NCBI GenBank assembly: GCA_018651725.1
Contig: JABIDK010000006.1
Location: forward strand, 48,482-112,481
DNA length: 64,000 nucleotides
Source: Candidatus Falkowbacteria bacterium
GTDB taxonomy: Bacteria; Patescibacteriota; Patescibacteriia; JAACEG01
Direction: 5' to 3'
The first letter of the stretch is position 1, and every line of letters begins with the position of its first letter. The notes beneath the pieces were generated by a model. The model did not search any database, was not told the DNA's origin, and saw only the letters and a program-made list of their open reading frames with translations. Of this stretch, positions 9,865 through 18,067 are shown piece after piece. Position numbers and translations under genes: made by a program.

Positions 9865-11619
9865 ATGTTAAAAATGAAAAAACGTTATTTAATTGTTGTT
9901 TTATTTATTTTTTCTTTTAGTCTGGCTAACTTCGGTCTGGCCACTTATTCGGATCCTGTAGCGGAGACTAACGACAACCCGGTAACTTCTATTACTTTAA
10001 GCGGTGAGGGGGCAAATATCAGTTGGAGTACGCAAGGATATTCCTCTAAAGGATTTAAAGTTGCTTGGTCAAAAAATTCAGGTCCAACTTACCCAACCAG
10101 ATCAGGTGATAAATACCACTATCACTCAAGTCCAGGTAAATCAAGCGACACTTTAACTCCGTTTTCCGGTGATGGGACTTATTATGTTAAAGTTTGTGAG
10201 TATCTGGGCGGAAAATGTGGAAAGTATAGTAATGAAATAATGGTTAAATTAGGAAAGGAAGAAAATGAGTGGGTAAAACCTGACTCTCCTGAAGTACTTT
10301 TAGAAATAATTTTAAGCGGTGAAGGAAATAAGATTAATTGGACAGCTGATGGATATGTTATTAAAGGCTTTAAAGTTATTTGGTCAAAGAAAGAGCACCC
10401 AACTTATCCAACCAGACCAGGAGACAAATATCATTATTTTTCTAATCCAAACAAAAATGAAGATATTTTGACATCATTTTCCGGTAATGGAGTTTATTAT
10501 GTTAGAGTTTGTGAATATTTGGGAGGTAAATGTGGAAGGTACAGTAATGAAATTAAAATGCAGCTAGACGATGACAATAATTTAGAGTGTACAATGGAAT
10601 ATAATCCTGTTTGTAGTATTGACGGTAAGACTTATTCTAATAAATGCATGCTAAAAAAGAGCGGGGATGGCTTTAAATATTATGGTAGATGTAAAGATGA
10701 GCTTAATACCCTTAAGTTATATAGTTACGCTAACTGGATGTGCGCTAACGGGGAAATAGAAAAACACGAAGAAGAATCATCTTGTAAATCAGAAGAAACT
10801 TGGAAAAAATATGCTAAAGAATTTTGCGGTGATAGCGCTGTTGATTATTTTGCAGTAACCAAGGAATGTGTTCAGGATAATGATGTGATTGAGATGAAAA
10901 ATAAAGCTAAAGATATTACCGATGACAGATTTGATAAAATTTTAGAAGAATTAAAAGAGCTTAGAAATTTAGTTAAAGAACAACAGATAAAAATTGAGTT
11001 TTTAACTAGATTAAAAGATAATTTAGAGACGATTACAAGTAAAGTAGAAAGCATGCTTGGTGATTTTATTACTTACGGGGTTGACGAAAATACAAAGAAA
11101 ATAGGGGAAAGAGAAAGAGCCGCAGTTTTGTTTTCTTATAAAGGTGCGTTTAAAAAATTGCCTGAAAATGAAGATGAGATGGCTGATGTTATAAAAATTG
11201 CCAATGGACGTTGGCCAAATAAAAGAAATCAAGACGCTGAAAACGAAGCGGAAAGTCATTTTCAGAAGATATATAAAAAAGTCCCGGATATGAAAGATTC
11301 TAGTGATAATGCGGCTATTACGGTAATGGCTTATGGTTTGCGTCAAAAAGCAGAAAATAGGAATTTAGATTCAGAGCGTCAAGGAATTAAAATATTTATG
11401 GATATTTATGGCTATCATCCAGATTCTACTGAAGACTGGAATGTTATGCAGGCTATAACTTATTCCGGATCAAAAAGAGGGATTGATACCGACAAAGATT
11501 TATTAATTGACGAGCGTGAGGTAGAGCTTGGCACTGATCCAAATAATCCGGACACCGACGGAGATGGTCATTTAGACGGAGTGGAAGTGGCAAATGGATT
11601 TGACCCCTTAAACAAATAG
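9865..11619 (+). CDS. Secreted protein with two tandem ~95-aa repeats, a Kazal-type domain and C-terminal Asp-rich (TSP3-like) repeats
   Basis: There is a signal peptide. Repeats 'ITLSGEGANISW...YYVKVCEYLGGKCGKYSNEI' and 'IILSGEGNKINW...YYVRVCEYLGGKCGRYSNEI' are present. 'CTMEYNPVCSIDGKTYSNKC...C' matches the Kazal pattern (compare ovomucoid 'LEYRPLCGSDNKTYGNKC'). 'DPNNPDTDGDGHLDGVEV' occurs at the end. Confidence 0.6.
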   Translation: MLKMKKRYLIVVLFIFSFSLANFGLATYSDPVAETNDNPVTSITLSGEGANISWSTQGYSSKGFKVAWSKNSGPTYPTRSGDKYHYHSSPGKSSDTLTPFSGDGTYYVKVCEYLGGKCGKYSNEIMVKLGKEENEWVKPDSPEVLLEIILSGEGNKINWTADGYVIKGFKVIWSKKEHPTYPTRPGDKYHYFSNPNKNEDILTSFSGNGVYYVRVCEYLGGKCGRYSNEIKMQLDDDNNLECTMEYNPVCSIDGKTYSNKCMLKKSGDGFKYYGRCKDELNTLKLYSYANWMCANGEIEKHEEESSCKSEETWKKYAKEFCGDSAVDYFAVTKECVQDNDVIEMKNKAKDITDDRFDKILEELKELRNLVKEQQIKIEFLTRLKDNLETITSKVESMLGDFITYGVDENTKKIGERERAAVLFSYKGAFKKLPENEDEMADVIKIANGRWPNKRNQDAENEAESHFQKIYKKVPDMKDSSDNAAITVMAYGLRQKAENRNLDSERQGIKIFMDIYGYHPDSTEDWNVMQAITYSGSKRGIDTDKDLLIDEREVELGTDPNNPDTDGDGHLDGVEVANGFDPLNK

Positions 11620-11621
11620 TT

Positions 11622-12122
11622 ATGTTAATGTTTGATATTGTATTAATTTTAATTTTATTAGGGTTTATCGCTTGGGGAGTTTTCCGTGGGTTTGTAAGGA
11701 TTCTGGGTTCTTTTATCGGTCTTATTGTTGCAATAGTTATTTCTGGCAGGTATTATCTTTTGTTGTCTGATTTTTTGGATTTTATACCAATAGGTGATAA
11801 TCTTTTAAAGATTTTATCTTTCTTTATAATTTTAGCTGTTGTTACAAGGCTGGTAGTTTTTGGTATAAGTTTATTGTTTAAATTTATTTCCATTGTTCCT
11901 TTGGTAAAAACAGCTAATCGATTGCTTGGAGCTTTAGTTGGGTCTTTTATCGGTATTTTCATCGTTGGATCATTGATATATTTAATCAGTCGCTATCCGA
12001 TAAATTCATTTTTCGAAAATTTAATTGTAAATTCAGAAATAGCCCCAGTTTTGCTGACGCTGTACAAACCAATAACAATATTGCTACCGGAAATTTTACG
12101 CCAATTAAAAAGTTTGATATAA
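11622..12122 (+). CDS. CvpA-family membrane protein
   Basis: It is a 4-TM small protein. The N-terminus 'IVLILILLGFIAWGVFRGFVRILGSFIGLIVA' resembles colicin V production protein CvpA. Confidence 0.5.
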   Translation: MLMFDIVLILILLGFIAWGVFRGFVRILGSFIGLIVAIVISGRYYLLLSDFLDFIPIGDNLLKILSFFIILAVVTRLVVFGISLLFKFISIVPLVKTANRLLGALVGSFIGIFIVGSLIYLISRYPINSFFENLIVNSEIAPVLLTLYKPITILLPEILRQLKSLI

Positions 12123-12142
12123 TTATAATTGATTCATAATTC

Positions 12143-12328
12143 ATGAAAAATATGCCTAAAGTAAATCAAGATGTATGTATTGGGTGCGGGACTTGCGAGA
12201 GTCTTTGCCCGGAAGTTTTTAAATTAGAAGACGCCGGAAAAGCCAAGGTAAAAGAAAACGCGCCAAAAAATGTCAGCTGTATCCAAGAAGCAATCGACGC
12301 CTGCCCAGTACAAGCAATATCAATCTAA
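12143..12328 (+). CDS. 4Fe-4S ferredoxin (small, single cluster)
   Basis: 'CIGCGTCESLCP' plus distal 'C...ACP' in 61 aa. Confidence 0.7.
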   Translation: MKNMPKVNQDVCIGCGTCESLCPEVFKLEDAGKAKVKENAPKNVSCIQEAIDACPVQAISI

Positions 12329-12425
12329 AGTCCATAAAGTCATAATTAGTCGTAAAGTCTAAAGTCCATAAAGTTATCGAAGGACTTTCGACTTTATAAA
12401 CTTTAGAGGCTTTCGACTACAAGCT
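12329..12425. repeat. Intergenic stretch with short direct and inverted repeats (possible terminator/regulatory hairpins)
   Basis: 'gtccataaagt' occurs twice. 'gtcgtaaagtc...ggactttcgac' is an inverted repeat. 'ggctttcgact' is also present. Confidence 0.3.
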
Positions 12426-13388
12426 ATGTTCGACATCATAACAATCGGTGGAGCTACGAAGGATTTTTTTATTTTGACTAATAAGGGTGAGATAGTTAGA
12501 AATAAAAAAAGTTTAACCAAGCAAAAGCTCTTGGCTTTTGAATATGGCGCAAAAATTTATACCAACGAATTATATACTTGCTTGGGCGGAGGAGCTTGCA
12601 ATACAGCCGTTGGATTTTCCAGGCTGGGACTTAAAATTGCAGCTAAAATTTGTGTTAACGAACAACTGGAAGGGGAATGGATTAAAAAGGTTTTGATCAA
12701 GGAAAAAGTTTCTGTAAAATATATAAAAAATAACACTAAAGAGCCATCCGGATTTTCTTCAATTGTTATAAACAGTGATTCTAAGAGTAGAGATCACATT
12801 GCTTTTTGCTGTCGGGGCACAAATAAATTTTTAAAGATAAATCCGCGAGAAAGTTGGAAGACAAAATGGATTTATCTTTCTTCGTTTTCCGGTAAAGAGT
12901 GGGTCTTGCAATTTAAAAATATTGTTAAGATTGTAAAAAAGAAAAATATAAAATTAGCTTTTAACCCAGGTTTCAGACAAATTGAATCCGGTATTAACAA
13001 GTTAAAAGATATTTTAAAGTTAACAGAGGTTTTAATAGTGAACAGAGATGAGGCCATCGAACTTGTTTTGTCAAAGCATCATTACAATCAAGCCCCACAC
13101 ATCAAAGAACTTTTAAGCAAGCTATACAAATATTGTCCAAATTTAATAATTATAACCGACGGTAGCCGTGGAGTGTATGCCTACGACGGCAAAGAATTTT
13201 ATTTTGAAAAAGCCAAAAAAGTAAAAGCCGTTGATACCACCGGAGCCGGAGACGCATTCTCCTCAGGATTTATCGGCGGATTAGTAAAAAATGGAGATAT
13301 TAAAAAAAGTTTAAAATTAGGAATAAAAAACGGAGGTAGTGTGGTAACAAAAATGGGTGCACAAAAAGGGTTGATTAGAAATTTATGA
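12426..13388 (+). CDS. PfkB-family carbohydrate kinase (ribokinase-like)
   Basis: C-terminal 'DTTGAGDAFSSGFIGGL' is the PfkB signature 2. Length is 320 aa. Confidence 0.8.
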   Translation: MFDIITIGGATKDFFILTNKGEIVRNKKSLTKQKLLAFEYGAKIYTNELYTCLGGGACNTAVGFSRLGLKIAAKICVNEQLEGEWIKKVLIKEKVSVKYIKNNTKEPSGFSSIVINSDSKSRDHIAFCCRGTNKFLKINPRESWKTKWIYLSSFSGKEWVLQFKNIVKIVKKKNIKLAFNPGFRQIESGINKLKDILKLTEVLIVNRDEAIELVLSKHHYNQAPHIKELLSKLYKYCPNLIIITDGSRGVYAYDGKEFYFEKAKKVKAVDTTGAGDAFSSGFIGGLVKNGDIKKSLKLGIKNGGSVVTKMGAQKGLIRNL

Positions 13389-13642
13389 TTATAATTAAAA
13401 TTTTTTTGTTAATTTCATTAATTAAGCTTCAAGATACTGCTAAGCCTTTATCGCTTGCCCTGATTTACGCGTCTTTGTCCTTTTTAGTTGGGATAATATT
13501 TAGTCCATTTTTGGAGGTAATAATAAGTTCAATAATTACGATTTTTTTGGTGTGGCTGTATTTTTGGTTGTTAGACAAACTTGAAGGGTCTATTTTGTGG
13601 TGGCTTGTAATGATCATTGGTCTTTTAATTGTGCTGGTCTAG
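13385..13642 (+). CDS. Small hydrophobic membrane protein, unknown function
   Basis: 85 aa with 2-3 predicted TM segments. ATGA overlap with the upstream kinase. Confidence 0.35.
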   Translation: MIIIKIFLLISLIKLQDTAKPLSLALIYASLSFLVGIIFSPFLEVIISSIITIFLVWLYFWLLDKLEGSILWWLVMIIGLLIVLV

Positions 13643-13687
13643 AAAATATTAAATTTTATAATTTTAAAATATATAAATTAAAACATT

Positions 13688-14269
13688 ATGAAGATAATTG
13701 AGATAAGAAAAAATAGTGAAGAAAAAGATCTCTCACAAAAAAGAATAATGGATATATTTTCTTTTTCTGGAAACTGGATATTTTTTAGTTTAATTTACAC
13801 CATATTTTTTGTTTTTTTTATTGTAAATGCTAATCAAGTAATGGCTATTGAATATCCAGGACGTACAATATGTAAGCTTTATGGTGGCGACTTAGGTGAT
13901 CAAAATATTTGCCACTTAGAGACAAGAGAAAAATGTGATCCTTCTGATAAAGGATTTGAAATTGAAAATGAATTTATTGCTCCTTGTAAAAATTATGCTG
14001 AAATGCCTTGTGCTAAACTCGGAGAAACCCGTACTTTTAATAAGTGCTGTGATGACCTTAAGTGTTCTTATAGAAAAGGATACTTCACAGAAAGTTGTAA
14101 ACATAATTTTCCAATTGGAATACATTTATCAGCTTGTATAAAATGTGGAGACAATATATGCGATGAAAAATATGAATCTAAATGCAATTGCCCACAAGAT
14201 TGTGAAATAACTGTATTTGAAAAGATAATTAATTGGTTTAAAATTTTTTTAATCTATTTTAACGGGTAA
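13688..14269 (+). CDS. Cys-rich secreted/membrane-anchored protein, unknown function
   Basis: Signal-anchor 'IFFSLIYTIFFVFFIVNANQVMA'. The mature part has ~20 Cys. The true start may be an internal Met. Confidence 0.4.
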   Translation: MKIIEIRKNSEEKDLSQKRIMDIFSFSGNWIFFSLIYTIFFVFFIVNANQVMAIEYPGRTICKLYGGDLGDQNICHLETREKCDPSDKGFEIENEFIAPCKNYAEMPCAKLGETRTFNKCCDDLKCSYRKGYFTESCKHNFPIGIHLSACIKCGDNICDEKYESKCNCPQDCEITVFEKIINWFKIFLIYFNG

Positions 14270-14275
14270 AATTTT

Positions 14276-15007
14276 ATGAAGAAATATTATTTTCTTTTTT
14301 TGTTTTCAATAATATTATTAAGTGGTTGTACAAAACAAGATAATTTACATCAACAAAACAAAGGGGGTGCTAACCCAAAAAGCGCACTAGAAGTGTTGTT
14401 TGATATGGGTGAATGCGATAAAATAAAAGCACCTAATATAAAAAATGATTGTTATATTAAACAAGCTATAGCAAAAAAAGATGTGCAAATATGTGAAAAA
14501 ATAAATAATAAATTTAGTCCTAATAAAAGTGAATGTTATGAGGATTTAGCTATAAGTGAGAATAATATCGATATTTGCAATAAAATCACTGACAGTGATT
14601 TAACAAAATTAAAATGTAGAGTATCAATAAATAAAGATATTAAGCTATGTGATGAGTCAGAAGGTTTTAAAAATTCTTGTTTGATTAAATTGGCTATGGC
14701 GACTAAAGATATATCAATTTGTAAACAAATTAATCATAAGCCTAGATATTCTCTATGTTTGTCGTCAGTGGCAGAGTCAGCAAAAAGCAAAGATTTTTGT
14801 GATATTATTGATGATTTGCACATGAAGGAATTATGTTTTATAAGAGTGGCGATAGAAACAAAAAATCCAAAAATGTGCAATGAAATATCTTTCGAAGAAA
14901 ATAAACAAATATGTTTTTTTGGCTTAGCGATAGAAACGTTTGATATAGATTTGTGTGATGATTCTGGTATAAAAAAAAGATGTAAAGATATTATTAACAA
15001 TAAATAA
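14276..15007 (+). CDS. Lipoprotein with seven tandem ~18-aa Cys-bracketed repeats
   Basis: Lipobox 'LLSGC'. Repeats of form C-x4-(A/L)(I/M)(A/E)-x4-7-(I/L/F)C-x2-I, e.g. 'CYIKQAIAKKDVQICEKI', 'CLIKLAMATKDISICKQI', 'CFIRVAIETKNPKMCNEI'. Confidence 0.55.
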   Translation: MKKYYFLFLFSIILLSGCTKQDNLHQQNKGGANPKSALEVLFDMGECDKIKAPNIKNDCYIKQAIAKKDVQICEKINNKFSPNKSECYEDLAISENNIDICNKITDSDLTKLKCRVSINKDIKLCDESEGFKNSCLIKLAMATKDISICKQINHKPRYSLCLSSVAESAKSKDFCDIIDDLHMKELCFIRVAIETKNPKMCNEISFEENKQICFFGLAIETFDIDLCDDSGIKKRCKDIINNK

Positions 15008-15012
15008 ATTAT

Positions 15013-15264
15013 ATGACAAAAATAATTTCTATATTTTTTATATTATTAGTGTTTACCGGCTGTAGTAGCAAGTTTACTAATAGCAACAAAAATTATTCAT
15101 CGAATTCTGATCAATTTTTATGCACAAAAGATTCTGATTGTGTAGATTGTTGTAACGGTCAATGTGTTAATTATGAGTGGTGGAAGAAAAACGGGTCAAA
15201 AATAGAATGTAAATGTAAAACATCAACGTGTGTTTGTATTAATAATGAATGCGCTAATAAATAA
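15013..15264 (+). CDS. Small Cys-rich lipoprotein
   Basis: Lipobox 'VFTGC'. 12 Cys in ~60 mature residues ('CTKDSDCVDCCNGQCVNYEWW...'). Confidence 0.45.
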   Translation: MTKIISIFFILLVFTGCSSKFTNSNKNYSSNSDQFLCTKDSDCVDCCNGQCVNYEWWKKNGSKIECKCKTSTCVCINNECANK

Positions 15265-15335
15265 AAGAATTATTAAAATTAGCTCTAGTAAGTATTGACA
15301 TAAGTTGATATTTTTTGTAGTATAGAAACTATTAT

Positions 15336-15407
15336 CGCGGGGTAGAGCAGTGGCAGCTCGTCGGGCCCATAACCCGAAGGTCGTAGGTTCGAATCCTACC
15401 CCCGCAA
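15336..15407 (+). tRNA. tRNA-fMet (initiator), anticodon CAU
   Basis: Folded by hand. Acceptor 'cgcgggg'/'ccccgca' has a C1xA72 mismatch. U8 is present. D-arm is 'gagc-agtggca-gctc'. Anticodon stem 'tcggg/cccga' has three G:C pairs. Loop 'cccataa' gives CAU at 15368-15370. T-arm is 'gtagg-ttcgaat-cctac'. Discriminator is A. CCA is not encoded. Confidence 0.8.
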
Positions 15408-15408
15408 C

Positions 15409-15681
15409 ATGGATACAAATAAACCTTACGAAGTTTATATTATAAAGAGTGAATGTGGTAAATTATACACTGGAATGAGCGAAAATGCTGATATTAGGCT
15501 TAAAAATCATAACGCAGGTATATCAAAATGGACAAGTAAGTATCAAAATTGGAGAATGGTTTATAAAGAGAGTTTTCCTAACTATAGTGAAGCCAGAAAA
15601 AGAGAAATTTATTTGAAGAAACAGAAGGGTGGTAACGGATTGAAAAAAATAATAGAAGGTGGCAGCTCGTCGGGCCCATAA
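15409..15681 (+). CDS. GIY-YIG nuclease-family small protein (YhbQ/YazA/UPF0213-like)
   Basis: 'PYEVYIIKSECGKLYTGMSENADIRLKNHNAG...WRMVYKESFPNYSEARKREIYLKK' carries the GIY...YTG motif. The conserved Arg/His/Glu spacing matches standalone ~90-aa GIY-YIG proteins. The last 8 codons and stop lie inside the partial tRNA repeat. Confidence 0.75.
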   Translation: MDTNKPYEVYIIKSECGKLYTGMSENADIRLKNHNAGISKWTSKYQNWRMVYKESFPNYSEARKREIYLKKQKGGNGLKKIIEGGSSSGP

Positions 15682-15726
15682 TCCCGCCGCGGCGGGATCG
15701 TAGGTTCGAATCCTACCCCCGCAACA
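15653..15726 (+). repeat. Partial direct repeat of tRNA-fMet (D-arm to 3' end), diverged in anticodon-stem/variable region
   Basis: 'tagaaggtggcagctcgtcgggcccataa' and 'tcgtaggttcgaatcctacccccgcaaca' match the tRNA at 15343-15409. A palindromic 'tcccgccgcggcggga' replaces 'cccgaagg'. The 5' acceptor strand is missing. Confidence 0.7.
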
Positions 15727-15734
15727 GTTAAAAC

Positions 15735-15768
15735 AAAAAAACGCTTTGAATAGCGTTTTTTTGTTTTT
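15735..15768 (+). terminator. Rho-independent terminator
   Basis: Stem 'aaaaaacgct' pairs with 'agcgtttttt' around loop 'ttgaat'. A T-run follows. Confidence 0.6.
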
Positions 15769-15812
15769 CATATTTTTTTAAATATGCTATAATATTTACA
15801 AGTAAAATAACT

Positions 15813-17069
15813 ATGTTTTTATCGCAAAATATTTTTAGTAAAATTAAGAAAATATTTGTTTTAGCTATTGTGATGGTTGTTTTTGGATTCGGTATTCAAA
15901 ATAGTTATAATGTTTTGGCTTATCCTAGTGATGGCACTACGGAGGTAAAAAAAATTGAGAGAGAAATTAGTGATCAGGAAAAAAGAATTCAGGAGTTAAA
16001 AGAAAAAGCAAAAAAATATCAAAAAAATATTGAACAAAAAACAATGCAAATATCCAGTTTAGAAGAGCAGGTATTGGTTTTTAACAATAGAATAGCTAAA
16101 AAAGAATTGGATATTGAAATCGCTGAGGAAGAGATAGTCCAAACAAAGGGAAAAATTGAACAAAAAACTTTAGAGATAAAGGATAAAGAAACAGAAATAA
16201 AAGAGCAAAAAGATAAAGTCGCTGATTTTATTAGGCTTATTTATAAAAACGACCAAGTTAGTTATTTAGAAGTTTTGATATTGAACGATTCTTTTTCCGA
16301 TTTTTTTAATTACTTAACTTTTACCGAAGATATTCAATATAAATTAAAAGAAGTTTTAGACTCTGTTATTGCGCTTAAGGAAAAATTGGAAATGGACAAA
16401 GATTTATTGGAGCGTGAAAAACAAAATTTAGAAAAATTAAAGATAAAATTAGTTCAGGATAACGACAAGTTAAGCGAAGAAAGAGAAATCAAAGAGGCAA
16501 TTTTAAGAGAAACAAGGTACAGTGAAAGTTTATTTAAGAGGTTATTGCAAAAAGCAAAAGAAGATCAAATTAACGTCGATCGGGATATTTCACAACTGGA
16601 AAGAGAAAAAAGAAAGTTGCTTGAAGAAGAGGAAAGCAGAAGAAAGCTTTTGGATGACACCGGAACGTTGTCGTGGCCGGTTGACCCAAGTCGCGGTATA
16701 ACTGCTTATTTTCACGACCCTGATTATCCTTATCGATATTTATTCGAACACCCCGGAATTGACCTTAGGGTTTCTCAGGGAACTCCGCTTAAATCACCGG
16801 CAAACGGTTATGTAGGACGAGCCAGAGACGCTGGAATGGGATATAGCTATATTATGATTATTCACGACAATGGGGTATCAACTGTTTTTGGACATGTTAG
16901 TAAAATTTTTGTTCAAGAAGATGAATTTGTAACCAGAGGTCAGATAGTTGGGAAGAGCGGGGGGGCGCCGGGTACCCCAGGAGCTGGAAGATTTACAACC
17001 GGAGCGCACCTTCATTTTGAGGTTCGTTTAAACGGAATTCCGGTTGACCCACTTGATTATTTACCTTGA
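15813..17069 (+). CDS. M23-family metallopeptidase with N-terminal coiled-coil (EnvC-like)
   Basis: The coiled-coil region is rich in E/K heptads. The C-terminus has 'HPGIDL', 'GHVS' and 'GAHLHFEV', matching the LytM/M23 HxxxD and HxH motifs. Confidence 0.8.
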   Translation: MFLSQNIFSKIKKIFVLAIVMVVFGFGIQNSYNVLAYPSDGTTEVKKIEREISDQEKRIQELKEKAKKYQKNIEQKTMQISSLEEQVLVFNNRIAKKELDIEIAEEEIVQTKGKIEQKTLEIKDKETEIKEQKDKVADFIRLIYKNDQVSYLEVLILNDSFSDFFNYLTFTEDIQYKLKEVLDSVIALKEKLEMDKDLLEREKQNLEKLKIKLVQDNDKLSEEREIKEAILRETRYSESLFKRLLQKAKEDQINVDRDISQLEREKRKLLEEEESRRKLLDDTGTLSWPVDPSRGITAYFHDPDYPYRYLFEHPGIDLRVSQGTPLKSPANGYVGRARDAGMGYSYIMIIHDNGVSTVFGHVSKIFVQEDEFVTRGQIVGKSGGAPGTPGAGRFTTGAHLHFEVRLNGIPVDPLDYLP

Positions 17070-17084
17070 AATTAACTTAACATT

Positions 17085-17564
17085 ATGAAAGAAGTACAAA
17101 AAATGTTTTCTGTTTTAATAGCACAGATTATTGAAATTATTGTAATTTTATTATCTATTACGGTAATTATAATTTATATATTTTTTCAAGAGGTATTTTT
17201 CTCCTTGCTAAAAAGTGCCGGAGGACTTGCACCGATATTTTTTGCTGGAGCCTTGTATCTTCTTATTACCACAAAAAGAATTAAAAAAGCTAAAAAGGAC
17301 ATAGAAAAGAACGGGAGTCCAAGACTTAAAGAGTATTATTGTATTTACGTATCTAAGCAAGATGAAATGAAAAACGACGCTTTAGCTTTTTTAACTGCTC
17401 TAGTTGTGGTCGTAATCGCTAAAGAAATGAGCGGGGATTTTAATTATTCTGATATTTGGCAAGCTGGCGCTGCATTCTTAGCGGTATATTTAACAAAAAA
17501 AATATATTTTAAAAAGCAGTTTTCTTTTTTTGGAAAAAATAAGGAGGAGGGCTTGGGTCAATAA
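17085..17564 (+). CDS. Membrane protein, unknown function
   Basis: Hydrophobic segments only. No motif recognised. Confidence 0.35.
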   Translation: MKEVQKMFSVLIAQIIEIIVILLSITVIIIYIFFQEVFFSLLKSAGGLAPIFFAGALYLLITTKRIKKAKKDIEKNGSPRLKEYYCIYVSKQDEMKNDALAFLTALVVVVIAKEMSGDFNYSDIWQAGAAFLAVYLTKKIYFKKQFSFFGKNKEEGLGQ

Positions 17565-17623
17565 AACAAAAAACAAAAAATAAAAACCATTAATCATTAA
17601 TCATCAAGTATTTGGAGAGGGAA

Positions 17624-17821
17624 ATGAAGTTATCTTTAGTGGCTTCCAGAAATGGAAGCGAAAGAAGTTGTGTAGGGGAGAAGTGTACCTTAAATTATAA
17701 AACTTGCCCTGTTGAGGATATAATATGTGTGTGGTGCGCTTATGATGGAGCTAGTATAAAACAAGAGAAAAATAAAGGTGAAAAAATTGCCTATTGTAAT
17801 TATTTTGGAATAGCTCAGTAG
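17624..17821 (+). CDS. Small Cys-containing protein, unknown function
   Basis: ATG at 17624 is preceded by 'ggagagg' (SD). The ORF track calls a TTG at 17612. 6 Cys in 65 aa. Confidence 0.3.
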   Translation: MKLSLVASRNGSERSCVGEKCTLNYKTCPVEDIICVWCAYDGASIKQEKNKGEKIAYCNYFGIAQ

Positions 17822-17862
17822 ATAGTCCTGAGAAAAAAAAGTAATTTACTTAACAAACCAGT

Positions 17863-17900
17863 GAGCCGCCTAGAATTGATAAGGCGGCTCTTTTTATTTT
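17863..17900. terminator. Rho-independent terminator (convergent genes)
   Basis: Stem 'gagccgcct' pairs with 'aggcggctc' around a 10-nt loop. 'tttttatttt' follows. Confidence 0.55.
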
Positions 17901-18067
17901 TACAGTTATTAGGACGAGATAGAGAGAATAGAACGATTATACAGAATAGAGTGAATAGTTTAAACGTTATCTATGCGTCGCACAAGGTATATTTCACGAC
18001 GCTATAACATATATCATATAAAATTAGCGTAATTTTAGCGTATAAATCATCATAAAACTAGCTAATT

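Noticed and set aside
12329-12425. Possible CRISPR-like or tandem repeat array after the ferredoxin gene
   Set aside because: There are only two ~11-bp repeat units plus partial inverted repeats, with no regular spacer periodicity. It is more likely a terminator or hairpin region.
15336-15726. A group I intron, with a GIY-YIG homing endonuclease, interrupting the tRNA-fMet anticodon loop
   Set aside because: The first tRNA copy is contiguous and folds completely on its own. The 245-nt intervening segment is almost entirely the GIY-YIG coding sequence, which leaves no room for a P3-P9 intron core. The downstream copy lacks a 5' acceptor strand. An insertion or recombination event flanked by direct repeats fits better.
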